Origin: Chiloscyllium plagiosum
Lineage: Eukaryota
Direction: 5' to 3'
NCBI RefSeq assembly: GCF_004010195.1
Contig: NC_057718.1
Location: 32,318,791-32,382,790, forward strand
Length of the DNA: 64,000 bases
The notes beneath the pieces are model-generated. The model was not told the DNA's origin and made no database searches. It saw only the letters and a list, made by a program, of their open reading frames with translations. This document shows positions 52,497-64,000 of the stretch, piece after piece (position 1 is the stretch's first letter; each line of letters starts with the position of its first letter). A program made the position numbers and the translations under genes.

Positions 52497-53106
52497 TGGA
52501 GTTGGGATCTCCGTCAGTCCAGGAGAGTCGGGATTTCTGTCAGTTTGGGAGAGCAGGGTTCACTGGATAGGAGTTTGGGTGAGGAAGGGGTTACATGGTC
52601 AGTGAGGGAAAGCAGTGTTCTTAAAATGATTCTTGATTTCACCCCCCCCCCCCACTCCCACCATTCAATCCAGTAGTAAACAAACAACAAAAAACAAATA
52701 CCAAATAGACTTTTACTGCAGCTGTCAGTATTGCAGTGCTTTCCTCTGCTTCATCCATCTTCTGTGTACAGCAGGTCAGGTCATCAGTCATCACTGCCAG
52801 AGAGAAATGCTTCTGGTGCTGAATCCAGCTGTAAATACCAGGAATTTATTTTTATCTCAGACTATACTACAGCACATAATAATTGTTTTGACATATAATT
52901 TACAATTTATAATTTTTGACATACAATTGTGAATTAGTCATTACTCACAAAATAAACTAAACAAAACTTAATTCTCACTAAATAAGTAATCAGAATATGT
53001 TTTGAATGGTGAAGGACGAGGAAATTCTTACATTATTCAGAAGGATTTGGGAAACCTAGATGAATTGCAGAAAGTGAATATGTAGGTACAGGCTAATAAT
53101 TAGGAA

Positions 53107-53312
53107 TGATTCAGAGATGCCGGTGTTGGACTGGGGTGTACAAAGTTAAAAATCACACAACACCAGGTTAGAGTCCAACAGGTTTAATTGGAAGCACACG
53201 AGCTTTCGGAGCGACGCTCCTTCATCACCTGATGAAGGAGCGTCGCTCCGAAAGCTAGTGTGCTTCAAATTAAACCTGTTGGATTATAACCTGGTGTTGT
53301 GTGATTTTTAAC
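53107..53312 (-). mobile_element. Penelope-like end, family A, near-perfect palindrome
   Basis: Arms of ~83 bp (53145-53227 and 53230-53312) around cc; 9-bp TSD aattaggaa at 53098-53106 and 53313-53321. Confidence 0.9.
53226..53260 (+). ncRNA. Minimal type I hammerhead-ribozyme-like motif (best-preserved copy)
   Basis: CAC-CUGAUGA-A-GGAGC(GUC)GCUCC-GAA-AGCU-A-GUG: stem I CAC/GUG, 5-bp stem II, palindromic stem III AGCU, putative cleavage after A53257. Activity is not shown. Confidence 0.65.
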
Positions 53313-53394
53313 AATTAGGAAGACAGACGATATGTTTGTTTTTATTACAAAGGATTGGAGGATGAGAATAAGGAAGTCTTACTGCAATTATCCA

Positions 53395-53599
53395 TGATGT
53401 GGAGGTGCCGGTGTTGGACTGGGGTAGACAAAGTTAAAAATCACAACAACAGGTTATATCCAACTGATACAATAGATTGAACACACTGCATTGACACTAT
53501 GATTTTTGCTATAAATTCTGTGTCTTATGATCCTACCCCACAAGTTGCTTCCAAATAAACCTGTTGGACCATAACCTGATGTTGTGTGGTTTTTAACTT
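53395..53599 (-). mobile_element. Penelope-like end, family A, deleted fold-back copy
   Basis: TSD tgca(a/g)ttatcca at 53383-53394 and 53600-53611. Confidence 0.85.
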
Positions 53600-55317
53600 T
53601 GCAGTTATCCAGGTCACCAGTGAGGCCAGTGTGCAAATTTGACCAAAGGAAGGACATGCTTTTGCCAGGAAGGATTGAAACAGTTGTGCACTTTGATGGG
53701 TTTCTGGGGTGAGGAGGGATGAGTAGATTGGGCCTGTATTCTCGGAGTTTGGAAGAATGAGAGGAGCTCTAATTCAAATGAATACCACTCTTAAAAGGGC
53801 TTGATAGGGTAGGCACCAAATGACTGAGGAATCTAGGACATGCTTTGCAGCCTCAGAACAAGACGTGAATCATTCGGAACAGAGATATTAAGAATGTGAT
53901 TCCTTGAAATTCTCCACAGAGCTGTGAATGCTCAGTCAGTGAATATCTTGGAGATTTTGGGGATTAAATGAAATAAGGATAGGGGGAATTGAGGCAGGAG
54001 ATCAGCCATGATCTTGTTGAATGGTGGAACCAGTTCAAAGGGCAAAATGGTCTACTCCTTCTCCTATTTCCTATATTCTTTTGTTCTTGTCTAAGACAAT
54101 GTTTAGCTATTCATAATAAAAGCAGAAAATGCTGAAAACACTCATCAGATCAGTGAACAACCATGGAGAGAAGAGATAAATTAGTATTCTGGATGTTGAC
54201 ATCTTATTAAAACTCATTGTGTGGCTCATCTGAATATGGAGCCTAGAGAAGCAAATGGCAGCCATCAATCTTCTCTTGGTTACTCACTCACTCTCCCCAG
54301 TCAGTCCACCCCCAGCATCTACTGGAGGGCCCTTACCAAGAAGGCAGCAAACCCAGTGTTTTCTTTGTGCCATCACTGAGTCTCCTCTGGCAGTCTGATT
54401 GGCATTTGAAGCATGCTTGCAACTTAATGACATTGCCTAATGCAATTCAGGACTAAAGCTTCTAGTATGTTCTGCAGAAAGCAGCATGAAATGAACTTCT
54501 GCCACCCAGAGCCCAGATTAGTTTTAATAAATGAGACTTGTACTTTCAGAGAAATGGGAGCCTTACCCAGGGAGAAACTGTCTGTTTCATGTCCTCTCCA
54601 ACGTCACGATCCACGATAGTCATGTAGGACAAAATATCCTCATTGTATCTACCTATCCAACATTATCTTTCTGAAAATGTTTTATGGCAGTATGAATGGA
54701 ACACTGGGAGTGAGACTTCCCATCAGTTTTGGGGCTGCAATGTCAGGATGAATTGGAGGTCTCAAGCCTACACTTGCTGGTAACAATATTCCCGAAGACG
54801 ACATGGTTTAGGTATCTTCAGAGGTGGACTTTTTGGGGCAAGCCGGGACTTGCTAAAATTAAACTAACAGCATAGGACAGGCAGTGCTGAATATCCTTGG
54901 TAATGGAGAGGAATGCTCTCTGGGAAGGAGTTTTTTGTCCACATGGGCGGCCGTCCCGTCCTGAGGCCGTGCTATTGGGGCATTGGAGCTTCCAGCTTGT
55001 CTTGCTCCCCCTTTGGCAGATGCCTGTGAGCCTGAAAGGTAATTCCCAATTGAACCTTAAGTATTTACATTTGTTATGCACCTCCATAGAATGGGCAACC
55101 AATCTACACCCCAGTCCAATGCGGGGAAATGTTCCCAACTGCTGGAATGTGTTGGGAAGCCATTCTGATGAGGCTCCCCGCTATTTTCCAATCACATTCT
55201 CCCTACGCCCGATGCAGTCTTTGTGGGGCCAGGAAAGCTCTCCCTTGGATTCTACGTCTCTGGGCCCAGTTCTTGTAATAGAGTACTAATGCCACTGCTT
55301 TTGATTGTACATTGTAG

Positions 55318-55617
<300 letters not shown>

Positions 55618-56026
55618 TAATTCATCTTAGGAACAACTGACTATGTCAAATGCCATGATTGAATGGCGGAGTGGACTCGATGGGCCGAATGGCCTTACTT
55701 CCGCTCCTATGTCTTATGGTCTTAAATCAGGAAAATACTGAGTTTTATTTGGGGATCTGTGCTATTTTAATTCATTTTGACTCAAATAGCAGTAAATTGC
55801 AAGTACCCTCCACGTCCCTAGCTAAAAGGACAAAAGTCATTCCAGGGTTTTTGCTGGTGGCCCATTGAGCCATGCATGTGTGTGCATTGACAGAAGACAG
55901 GGTCTAACTTGGTTATGATGCACGTAAAGTCTACTTATCTGTCTACCTGACTTACTGCTTATTGATGTTTGGTGAGTACAAGAGGCACTGCATGGAACAA
56001 GCCCTGTGACAGGGCGTGAACATACT

Positions 56027-57410
56027 TATAGAATCAAAGAATCCTACAGTACAGAAGAGGCTGTTTGCCCAACAAGCCTGCACCTACAAAACTACTTTAA
56101 ATCTATTCTTGTCCCACTTTCCAGCACAAGGCCCATTGCCTTGGATGTTATGACAGTTCAAGTGTTCACTCATGTACTTCGTAAATTTTGTGAGGTTACC
56201 TGCTTCCTTCCAGGTAGTGCATTTCAGATTTCCAACACCCTCTGGATGAAAAACCAGTTCTTCACCTCCCCTCTAAACTTCATACTATTCATCTTAAAAT
56301 TGTGTCCCCTTGTTACTAACACTTCAACCAAGGAAAACTGCTGCTTTCAATTCACCCTGTCCATGCCCCTCATTATCTTATAAATCTATATCAGGTCTCC
56401 CTTTAACCTTCTCTATAACCTTCTCTGTTCCAAAGCAATCAAGCTTATCCAATCTCTCATCAAAGCTAAAGCGCTCCATACCAGGTAACATTTTGATGAA
56501 TCTCCTCTGCGCCTCCTCCAGTGCAACCACAACCTTCCAATCAGAATTGCACATAGCATTCTAGCTGTGGCCTAACCAAAGTTTTGTGCAGCTCCCCATA
56601 ACTTCCCTTGCCTTGTAATCTATGCTCAACTGATAAAGACAATATGCCTTCTTAAGGACCCCATTACCATGACCTGCCACCTTCAAGGATCTGTGGAATA
56701 GCACTCCAGGATGTCTCATTCCTCTGAGCTTCTTAGTGTCCCACCATTCATGGAGAACTTCCTTGTCTCGTTGCTTCTTCCAAAGTACATTTCCTCACAC
56801 TTACTGTCCTGGGGTTAAATTCCATTTGCCGCTGATCTGCCCATCTGACTAACCTATCCCTTTCTTCCAGTAACCTAAGAACTACTTCCTCACTGTTAAC
56901 CACCCAGCCAATCCACAGACTTAATTATCGCCCCTCCACATTCTCATCTGTATCTCCTCATGAACAGTAAGTTAGCCAACTGGTCTCTGTGGCATGCCTC
57001 TGGACACCAGCCTCCACAGCCTTCTACACAACGCTCTGTCTCTTGCTATGAAACTAATTTTGGATCCAATTTACCAAGTTACCCTGGATCTCATGTGCAA
57101 ATACTTTCTTTATCAGTCTGCCATCAGGTGAGATCTTGTGAAAGACTTTGCTGAAATCCAAATACACTACATCAATTGCACTATCCTCAACTGACAACTG
57201 GTCACTTGCTTGAAAATTCAACCAGATTTGTTAGGCATGACTTGCCTCTGACAAAGCCATGCTGACTATCCCTGATTAAACTTTGCTCCTCCAAGTAGAG
57301 ATTAATTCTCTCCCTTCAGAATTTTCTTAAATAGTCTACCTGCTACTTTTGCAAGACTCACTGGTCTATAGTTCCCTGGTTTATCTCTGTCACCTTTCTT
57401 GAAAATAAGC
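56027..57410 (-). mobile_element. CR1 LINE fragment
   Basis: FKKGDRDKPGNYRPVSL remnant, 3' UTR at ~56027-56200. Confidence 0.85.
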
Positions 57411-58459
57411 CAAGCAAGAGGGCGCAGGCAATTGAGAGAAAAACAGAAATACCTGATTGAAGATAATCTGATTTTTAATCTGCTCTCATACACCCACTGT
57501 TACCAGCTTCAACTGTTCCTGCAAGTCTCCCAGATACTGATCTGTTGCAGTCTCACTAGTGCCATTCACGACATTTGTGGAAAATTTCCAAGCTGTCAAT
57601 TGCAGCACTGATATGGAACTTCAGAAAATCTCTGATTTGCTCAGAGAATTATTTTAATTTTCCCTTTTAGAATATCATTCGTTACCCTGAAAGCACATGT
57701 TCTACAGTAATGTTTCCTTCAAGTGATTGCAAGGCAATGCAGCCGTAAACATCAACTCAATAGTGCAGCTTTTGCAATGCTGATTTTTTATGGATGTGGT
57801 CCATGAGGGTAGACTATGTTTTCTCTGTTATATCCTTAAAGCATTTTTGAAGATGGACCCTCCTGTTCATTCTAACTCAAGTTCTTTCAGTGCAATATGT
57901 TAGCATGGATAGAAGGGGAAGACTGTGATCATTATGGATTATGTTAGCTGTTAATGGTGCCTTAAAGTATTCGGTAATTCTGTTGCTAACTACTTGAGAC
58001 AGACGGAGCTACTCACTTTTCTAATTTTGGAAAGTATTGAGTCATGTGGTGCTGCAGGGGTAACACTAGCCATGCCACACTGCAATGAAGTGAATGCTAT
58101 GCTTAAATTTCTTAGCAGCCTTGCGTGTTATGTGCTCAAGCCTGTGGAGTAGCACGGCATTAAAGAGCGATGTGAAGAGGCATTGACTGGATACACTGGG
58201 TCTGCATTTATGAATATGAATTAAGTGTAAAACTATTTCTTTCTTATCTAGTCTCCTGAGACTTTTTTAAAGGACCTGTGAATCTGATAAAGCAAGGCAA
58301 AGTGAATGGATGATAGAGTGATGGAAGCTCTTTGCTAGGGTGTGGGATGGATTAGTTCTGAGCAGGAAATGGTGAGGACATGGTAGAGCAGTTTAGGAAA
58401 AGCAACGTTACGTGAGTTACTGGCATGCAGCTGTGGGCTAATTTTCAAGATCCCCCTCG

Positions 58460-58765
58460 GGGGAGATAGTCATGTCGTGTCGATTAGCAATGCTGAAGCT
58501 TAGATTCATGCTCTGGGGAGATGGGTTCAAATCTCACCCTGGCAGCTGGTGCTATTTAAATTCAATTAGTAAATCTGGAATTCAAAGCATGTCTTGGTAT
58601 TGTATCTTCCATTGTTGTCAAAATCCATCTGGTTCACTAATGTCCTTTAGGGAAAGAAATCTGCCTTTCTTACCTGGTGTGGCCTATATGTGATGCCAGA
58701 CTTACAGCAATGTGGTTGAATCTTAAATATTTTCTGAAATGGCTCTCAGTTCATGGATAACCCTG
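58460..58765 (+). mobile_element. Second tRNA-derived SINE family, decayed
   Basis: B box gggttcaaatctc; ccatctggttcactaatgtcctttagggaaagaaatctgcc is shared with the 22118 copy. Confidence 0.7.
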
Positions 58766-59327
58766 CGTCCCCTGGTTAATCTGTTTCAACCCTGTTCAAG
58801 TGGCTGAACATTCTCTCTCTGTCTGTTAGTTGCTGTGACTCTCATGACCTGGCAATATTGTGCAGGAGATGGCAGACTATCTTGGACCTTGACAGTCTCT
58901 CAAAGCTGTACTACAGGATACCCCCACCTTCCCTGTCTCTCACACAGGTCCAGGAATCCAAATTCTGATTTAAAAAACACCAAATGACTGCTCAGTTGAG
59001 TCATGGATATTTTATATCTGATCTCTGACAAAATGTATTGAGTCATCAGCCAAGGTCTGTGAGGGAAATCCCTCATTTCTAGTCTCCAGCAAGTTGCTTC
59101 TCACCACAACATCGTGGTGCAGGATGCAGGCATCGTGAGCCGCTGCCCATCTTCATAAAACATTCTGGATGATCTTATCAATGTGTATACAGGAAGTAAA
59201 GCTTTCTACAGTTGGTGGGCAGGGGACAGACTGGTTACAGCAAGAGGTTGTCAGGGATATTCAGATGATATTCCCTTGGACTAGGGAAAATCCTTCAGTA
59301 GTTACCATTCCTGTTACTTGCTCCGAT

Positions 59328-60272
59328 ATAGACTCATAGAGAAGTACAGCACGGAGACAGACCCTTCAGTCCAACGCATCCATGCTGATCAGATATCCTA
59401 ACCTAATCCAGCGCCAGAGACCCGGGTTCAATTCCCGCCTCAGGCGACAGACTGTGTGGAGTTTGCACATTCTCCCCATCTAAGTAATCTAATCTAATCT
59501 AATCCCATTTCCAGCACTTGGCCCATATCCCTCTAAAGCCTTCCTATTCATATACCCATCCAGATGCCTTTTAAATGCTGAAATTGTACCAGCCTCTATC
59601 ACTTCCTCTGGCAGTGCATTCCATACACGCACCACCTTCTGCATGAAATGGTCACCCCTTAGGTCCCGTTTATATCTTTTCCCTATCACCTTAAACTAAT
59701 GCCCTCTAGTTCTGGTCTCCACACCCCAGGGAAAAGTCTTTGTCTATTTATCCTATTCATGCCCCTCATGATTTTATAAACCTCTATAAAGTCATCCCTC
59801 AGCCTCAGATGCTCCAGGGACAACAGCACCAGTTATTCAGCCTCTCCCAATAACACAAATCGTCCAACCCTGGCAACATCCTTGTAAATCTTTCCTGAAC
59901 CATTTCAAGTTTCACAACATCCTTCTGATAGCGACGAGACCAGAATTGCACACAATATTCCAAAAGTGGCCTAACCAATGTCCTGTACAATCACAACAAG
60001 ACCTCTCAACTCCTGTACTCAATACTCTGACCAATAAAGGAAAGCATACCAAACACCTTCTTCACTATCCTATATACCTGTGACTCTACTTTCATGGAAC
60101 TATGATCCTATATTCCAAGGTCTCTTTGTTCAGCAACAGTCCCGAGGACCTTACTACTAAGTATATAAGTCCTGTTCTGATTTGCTTTTCCAAAATGCAG
60201 CACCTCGCATTTATCTAAATTAAATTTAATCTGCCACTGCTCAGCCCATTGGCCCATCTGATTAGGATCCTG
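59328..60272 (-). mobile_element. CR1/HER1 3' fragment with a SINE fragment in its 3' UTR
   Basis: YRTLVRPLLEYCVQFWS and VVRVWNALPEEVIEAGTISAFKRHLDGYM. Confidence 0.93.
59410..59504 (+). mobile_element. Internally deleted HE1 SINE fragment
   Basis: 59410-59478 is nearly identical to 25950-26018 and is followed directly by an (atcta)n tail. Confidence 0.85.
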
Positions 60273-61827
60273 TATGACTTGTGGAAACTGAGTTGAATTT
60301 ATCACCATGTTTATGATCTGCTTTAAGTAACAGTGCACAGTGAGTATATATTGCAAATGCGAATAGTAACAGCCTGGAATTACCAAGATGAAAATTGCTT
60401 TCATGAAGAGGGCGTCATCAGTGATAAAATAATGTTAGGTGAGATAATTGTCCTCGTCTGTCAATAAAATTCAATATAAATGATTTATTGAGAAAAATAT
60501 GAGCGATTCATTTGTACAGAACAAAAGGTGACCCTCTCAGATTCAACATTACGCTTCATGGGGTTTCTTTTACATTATTTAGCCATGCCATTCGTCCCGA
60601 ACAATACATTGTAATGGAAAATTGCAATCATTTGTCATATGATTATGTGCAAGTCACTTGGATGTGTTTTGCTTCTAGTTAAGTAATTATATTTTCCAAG
60701 GTGAAAGTTAGTATGTTGACTTCTATATAAAGTAAAGAAACTTTTTGTAGCTTGGGCACCCATACGATTTAAAGATCAGTTTCAGATACACTGTGAGATG
60801 TACTTTTCATCACTCCCTGCTATCCTGAGCAAACTGAATACTTCAAATGTAAAGAAATCAGAGACTTCTCAAAAACTGAATCTGTATGTGCTGCAGTTCT
60901 TGGCAATATCACAAGGGATATCTCAAGTGACAAAATTATTTCTGCCTTCTGTGTCAACTTTTCTATCATTTTCATTGAGTTTTTCAATTTTTAGTTCAAA
61001 AGATACCTCTATTTGTCAAAATGGCAAGTAGGTATAAAAATATTTTCCCCTGCACTTGTTGTGACCTCTGTGAGTCATGTATATTTGGATCAGAAGGATA
61101 AACATGGAGCAGAAGATTGAGCAGAATATGATGCTTGAGAAACTATGCAAAGCTGCAAAATGATTTGGGTATCAACAAACAAATTATAGAGCCTTCCACT
61201 CTATTGCATCTACGTACATGTAGAACCATTTCATGTGCACAGAACAAAGGAGATGGAACTCATTACAAGGCAAATTAAAATGGGCAGGGATCAGTGAGTG
61301 TTGGAGACGCATAAAATGCATTTCTCATGCTGTATAATCGAAGGGTTGGCAACTCTGATGTAAGTGAATAAATAAAAGCAAGACTGTTTCAGGACTTGCC
61401 CTTGGGCTCTTTAACTGAATAGCTCTGAGCACCTTTTTTGGTGGGTTAGCATATGACTGACTATTGTAATGATGCCATCATTGGAAATTATTTGGATTGC
61501 TAATTTAAATTAATGAGCACAAATTGTGATTATAGATAAAACGAACAGATTTTTTGTGTTGCTTGTGACCAGAAAATCAGGAATGGCATGCTATGCAGGT
61601 AGAGGTGTCTATCGTAACTCACTTAATCAAATATTTTCTCATCTGATTTCCTCAGTCAAGAAATACACCAGAATTAGATTTAGTCCATACACCAGCATGC
61701 ACAAAGGGAATGAACAAAATCCAGTTTATATAAAACTAACTTATAATTTGAAATGACAGGTTTCTCATCATTTTTGTATTCTTTTGCCAAGGCTTTTTAA
61801 CCAATACTAAACTCTCTAAGTTTCATA

Positions 61828-61950
61828 AATACCGAAAGAACTGTGGATACTGTAAATTTGAAACAAAAACAGAGGTTACTGGAAAAGCTCAGCATCTGTG
61901 CAAAGAAATCAGCGTTAACATTTCAGGTCTGGTGACCCTTCCCTAGAAAC
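61828..61950 (-). mobile_element. Penelope-like end, family C
   Basis: accgaaagaactgtggatactgtaaat...gttaacatttcaggtctggtgacccttcc matches 39459-39590. Confidence 0.8.
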
Positions 61951-62627
61951 ATATACTCTGATTTCTCTCTGAGTTTCATACCTGGTCTATCATGACTCAT
62001 CTTCATTTTGTCTTGCATTTCTTTTTCTTTGCTTTTGACAGCAGGCTTAAGCAAACTAAGCCCTGTCTGAGGAGTAAGTTGTAAATACTAACTCGCAAGG
62101 TGAACGACCCGGTATTGCTCAACATTTCACTGTTTTCTGCAGCTGTCAACTGAACCAAAGTACTCATTCCTTTCCACTCGATATCAATATGTACTCATTC
62201 CCATGGCTTTATTGTGTTTGACTACGGAATAGAAGGAATTTTGATTGTATCATTTCTCAACTGTTCACCAACTGTTCAATATCTTTAACTTTAGATGTCA
62301 AATTAGTTTCTTGCTACAATTTTTAGACTGACATCTCGAGTGCACTTGATGAAGCTCCTCTTACATTTTTCTCTAAACATTGGTGGAATAATGAATAATA
62401 AAGGTCATAGGAGATAGCCTAGATCCAGTCTTCGTTCATTTCTATGTGAGACATATTCTTATAATTTTTTATTGCCATGAAAGGAGTAAGAATCAATTCT
62501 AATGCTTATATTACCATATATAAATATCTATACTTTTAGTGGTTTGTTTAAAACAGACAGACCAATGAAGACGGCTGCTGTAATCATGTAACTGGACTTA
62601 GCAAAAATCTTCCGGAAACTTCTCAGG

Positions 62628-64000
62628 AGTCATAGAGTCATAGAGATGTACAGCATGGAAACAGACCCTTCTGTCCAACCCGTCCATGCCGACTAGATAT
62701 CCCAATCCAATCTAGTCCCACCTGCCAGCACCTGGCCCATATCCCTCCAAACCTTTCCTATTCATATACCCATCCAAATGCCTCTTAAATGTTGCAATTG
62801 TACCAGCCTCCATCACATCCTCTGGCAGCTCATTCCATACACGTACCACCCTCTGNNNNNNNNNNNNNNNNNNNNNNNNNNNNNNNNNNNNNNNNNNNNN
62901 NNNNNNNNNNNNNNNNNNNNNNNNNNNNNNNNNNNNNNNNNNNNNNNNNNNNNNNNNNNNNNNNNNNNNNNNNNNNNNNNNNNNNNNNNNNNNNNNNNNN
63001 NNNNNNNNNNNNNNNNNNNNNNNNNNNNNNNNNNNNNNNNNNNNNCTCTGACCAATAAAGGAAAGCATACCAAACACCTTCTTCACTATCTACCTGTGAC
63101 TCCACTTTCAAGGAGCTATGAACCTGCACTCCAAGGTGTCTTTGTTCAGGAAAACTCCCTAGGACCTTAACATTAAGTGTATAAATCCTGCTAAGATTTG
63201 CTTTCCCAAAATGCAGAACCTCACATTTAACTGAATTAAACTCCATCTGCCACTTCTCAGCCCATTGGCCCATCTGGTCCAGATCCTGTTGTAATCTGAG
63301 GNNNNNNNNNNNNNNNNNNNNNNNNNNNNNNNNNNNNNNNNNNNNNNNNNNNNNNNNNNNNNNNNNNNNNNNNNNNNNNNNNNNNNNNNNNNNNCCTCTG
63401 TCTTCTACCTTTGAGCCAGTTCTGTATCCAAATGGCTAGTTCTCCCTGTATTCCATGAGATCTAACCTTGCTAATCAGTCTCCCATGGGGAACCTTGTTA
63501 AAGCCTTACTGAAGTCCGTATAGATCACATTTACTGTTCTGCCCTCATCAATCTTCTTTGTTACTTCTTCAAAATCTCAATCAAGTTTGTGAGACATGAT
63601 TTCCCACGCACAAAGCCACGTTGACTATCCCAAATCAGTCCTTGCCTTTCCAAATACATGTTCATCCCATCCCTCAGGATTCCCTCCAACAACTTGCCCA
63701 CCACCAACGTCAGGCTCACTGGTCTATTGTTCCCTGGCTTGTCCTTACCACCTTTTTAAACAGTGGCACCACTTTAGCCAACCTCCAGTCTACCAGCACC
63801 TTACCTGTGACTATCCATGATCCAAGAATCTTAGCAAGAGGTCCAGCAATAACTTCTCGAGCTTCCCACAGAGTTCTAGGGTACACCTGATCAGGTCCTG
63901 GGCATTTATCCACCTTTATGCGTTTCAAGACATCCAGCACTTCCTCCTCTGTAATATGGACATTTTGCAAGATGTCACCATCTATTTCCCTACAGTCTAT
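62628..64000 (-). mobile_element. CR1/HER1 LINE, young, running off the window end and containing two assembly gaps
   Basis: ITEEEVLDVLKRIKVDKCPGPDQVYPRTLWEAREVIAGPLA and WQMEFNSVKCEVLHFG; gagtcatagagtcatagag tail. Confidence 0.95.
62856..63394. other. Two assembly gaps (62856-63045, 190 N; 63302-63394, 93 N)
   Basis: N runs in the sequence. Confidence 1.

Larger units (their letters stand above)
52960..54090 (+). mobile_element. Old CR1 3' fragment with two PLE insertions
   Basis: Remnants QVQA.IRK.., KGLE...KEVLLQL and FGRMRGALIQM, plus a CR1 3' UTR. Confidence 0.75.

Noticed and set aside
51944..52570. 208-aa ORF
   Set aside because: Chance read-through of a SINE, a (CA)n run and a PLE fold-back; no coherent protein.

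Overview
This window is eukaryotic, intron-dominated DNA from a cartilaginous fish. The HE1-type V-SINEs and HER1/CR1 LINEs indicate a shark or ray; a carpet/bamboo-shark short-read assembly is a guess. It holds eight consecutive + strand coding exons of protein kinase C epsilon (PRKCE), equivalent to human exons 3-10: pseudosubstrate, C1a, C1b, V3 hinge and start of the kinase domain. All have GT-AG junctions and compatible phases, giving 1031 nt of open frame; the gene continues beyond both ends. The introns are mostly decayed retroelements (CR1, L2, an L1/Tx1-like relic, tRNA-derived SINEs, a Deu-SINE), plus a Tc1/mariner-type MITE, an unclassified TGT...ACA fold-back element, and about 15 Penelope-like element (PLE) ends in three sequence families. 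The most notable signal is that all three PLE families carry a minimal hammerhead-ribozyme fold (CUGANGA-stem II-GAAA, 4-nt palindromic stem III) with compensating changes in all three helices. Many copies are asymmetric fold-backs flanked by 9-16 bp target-site duplications. Most ORFs in the supplied track are spurious or repeat-derived. Repeat boundaries were read by eye and are approximate unless a TSD is quoted.
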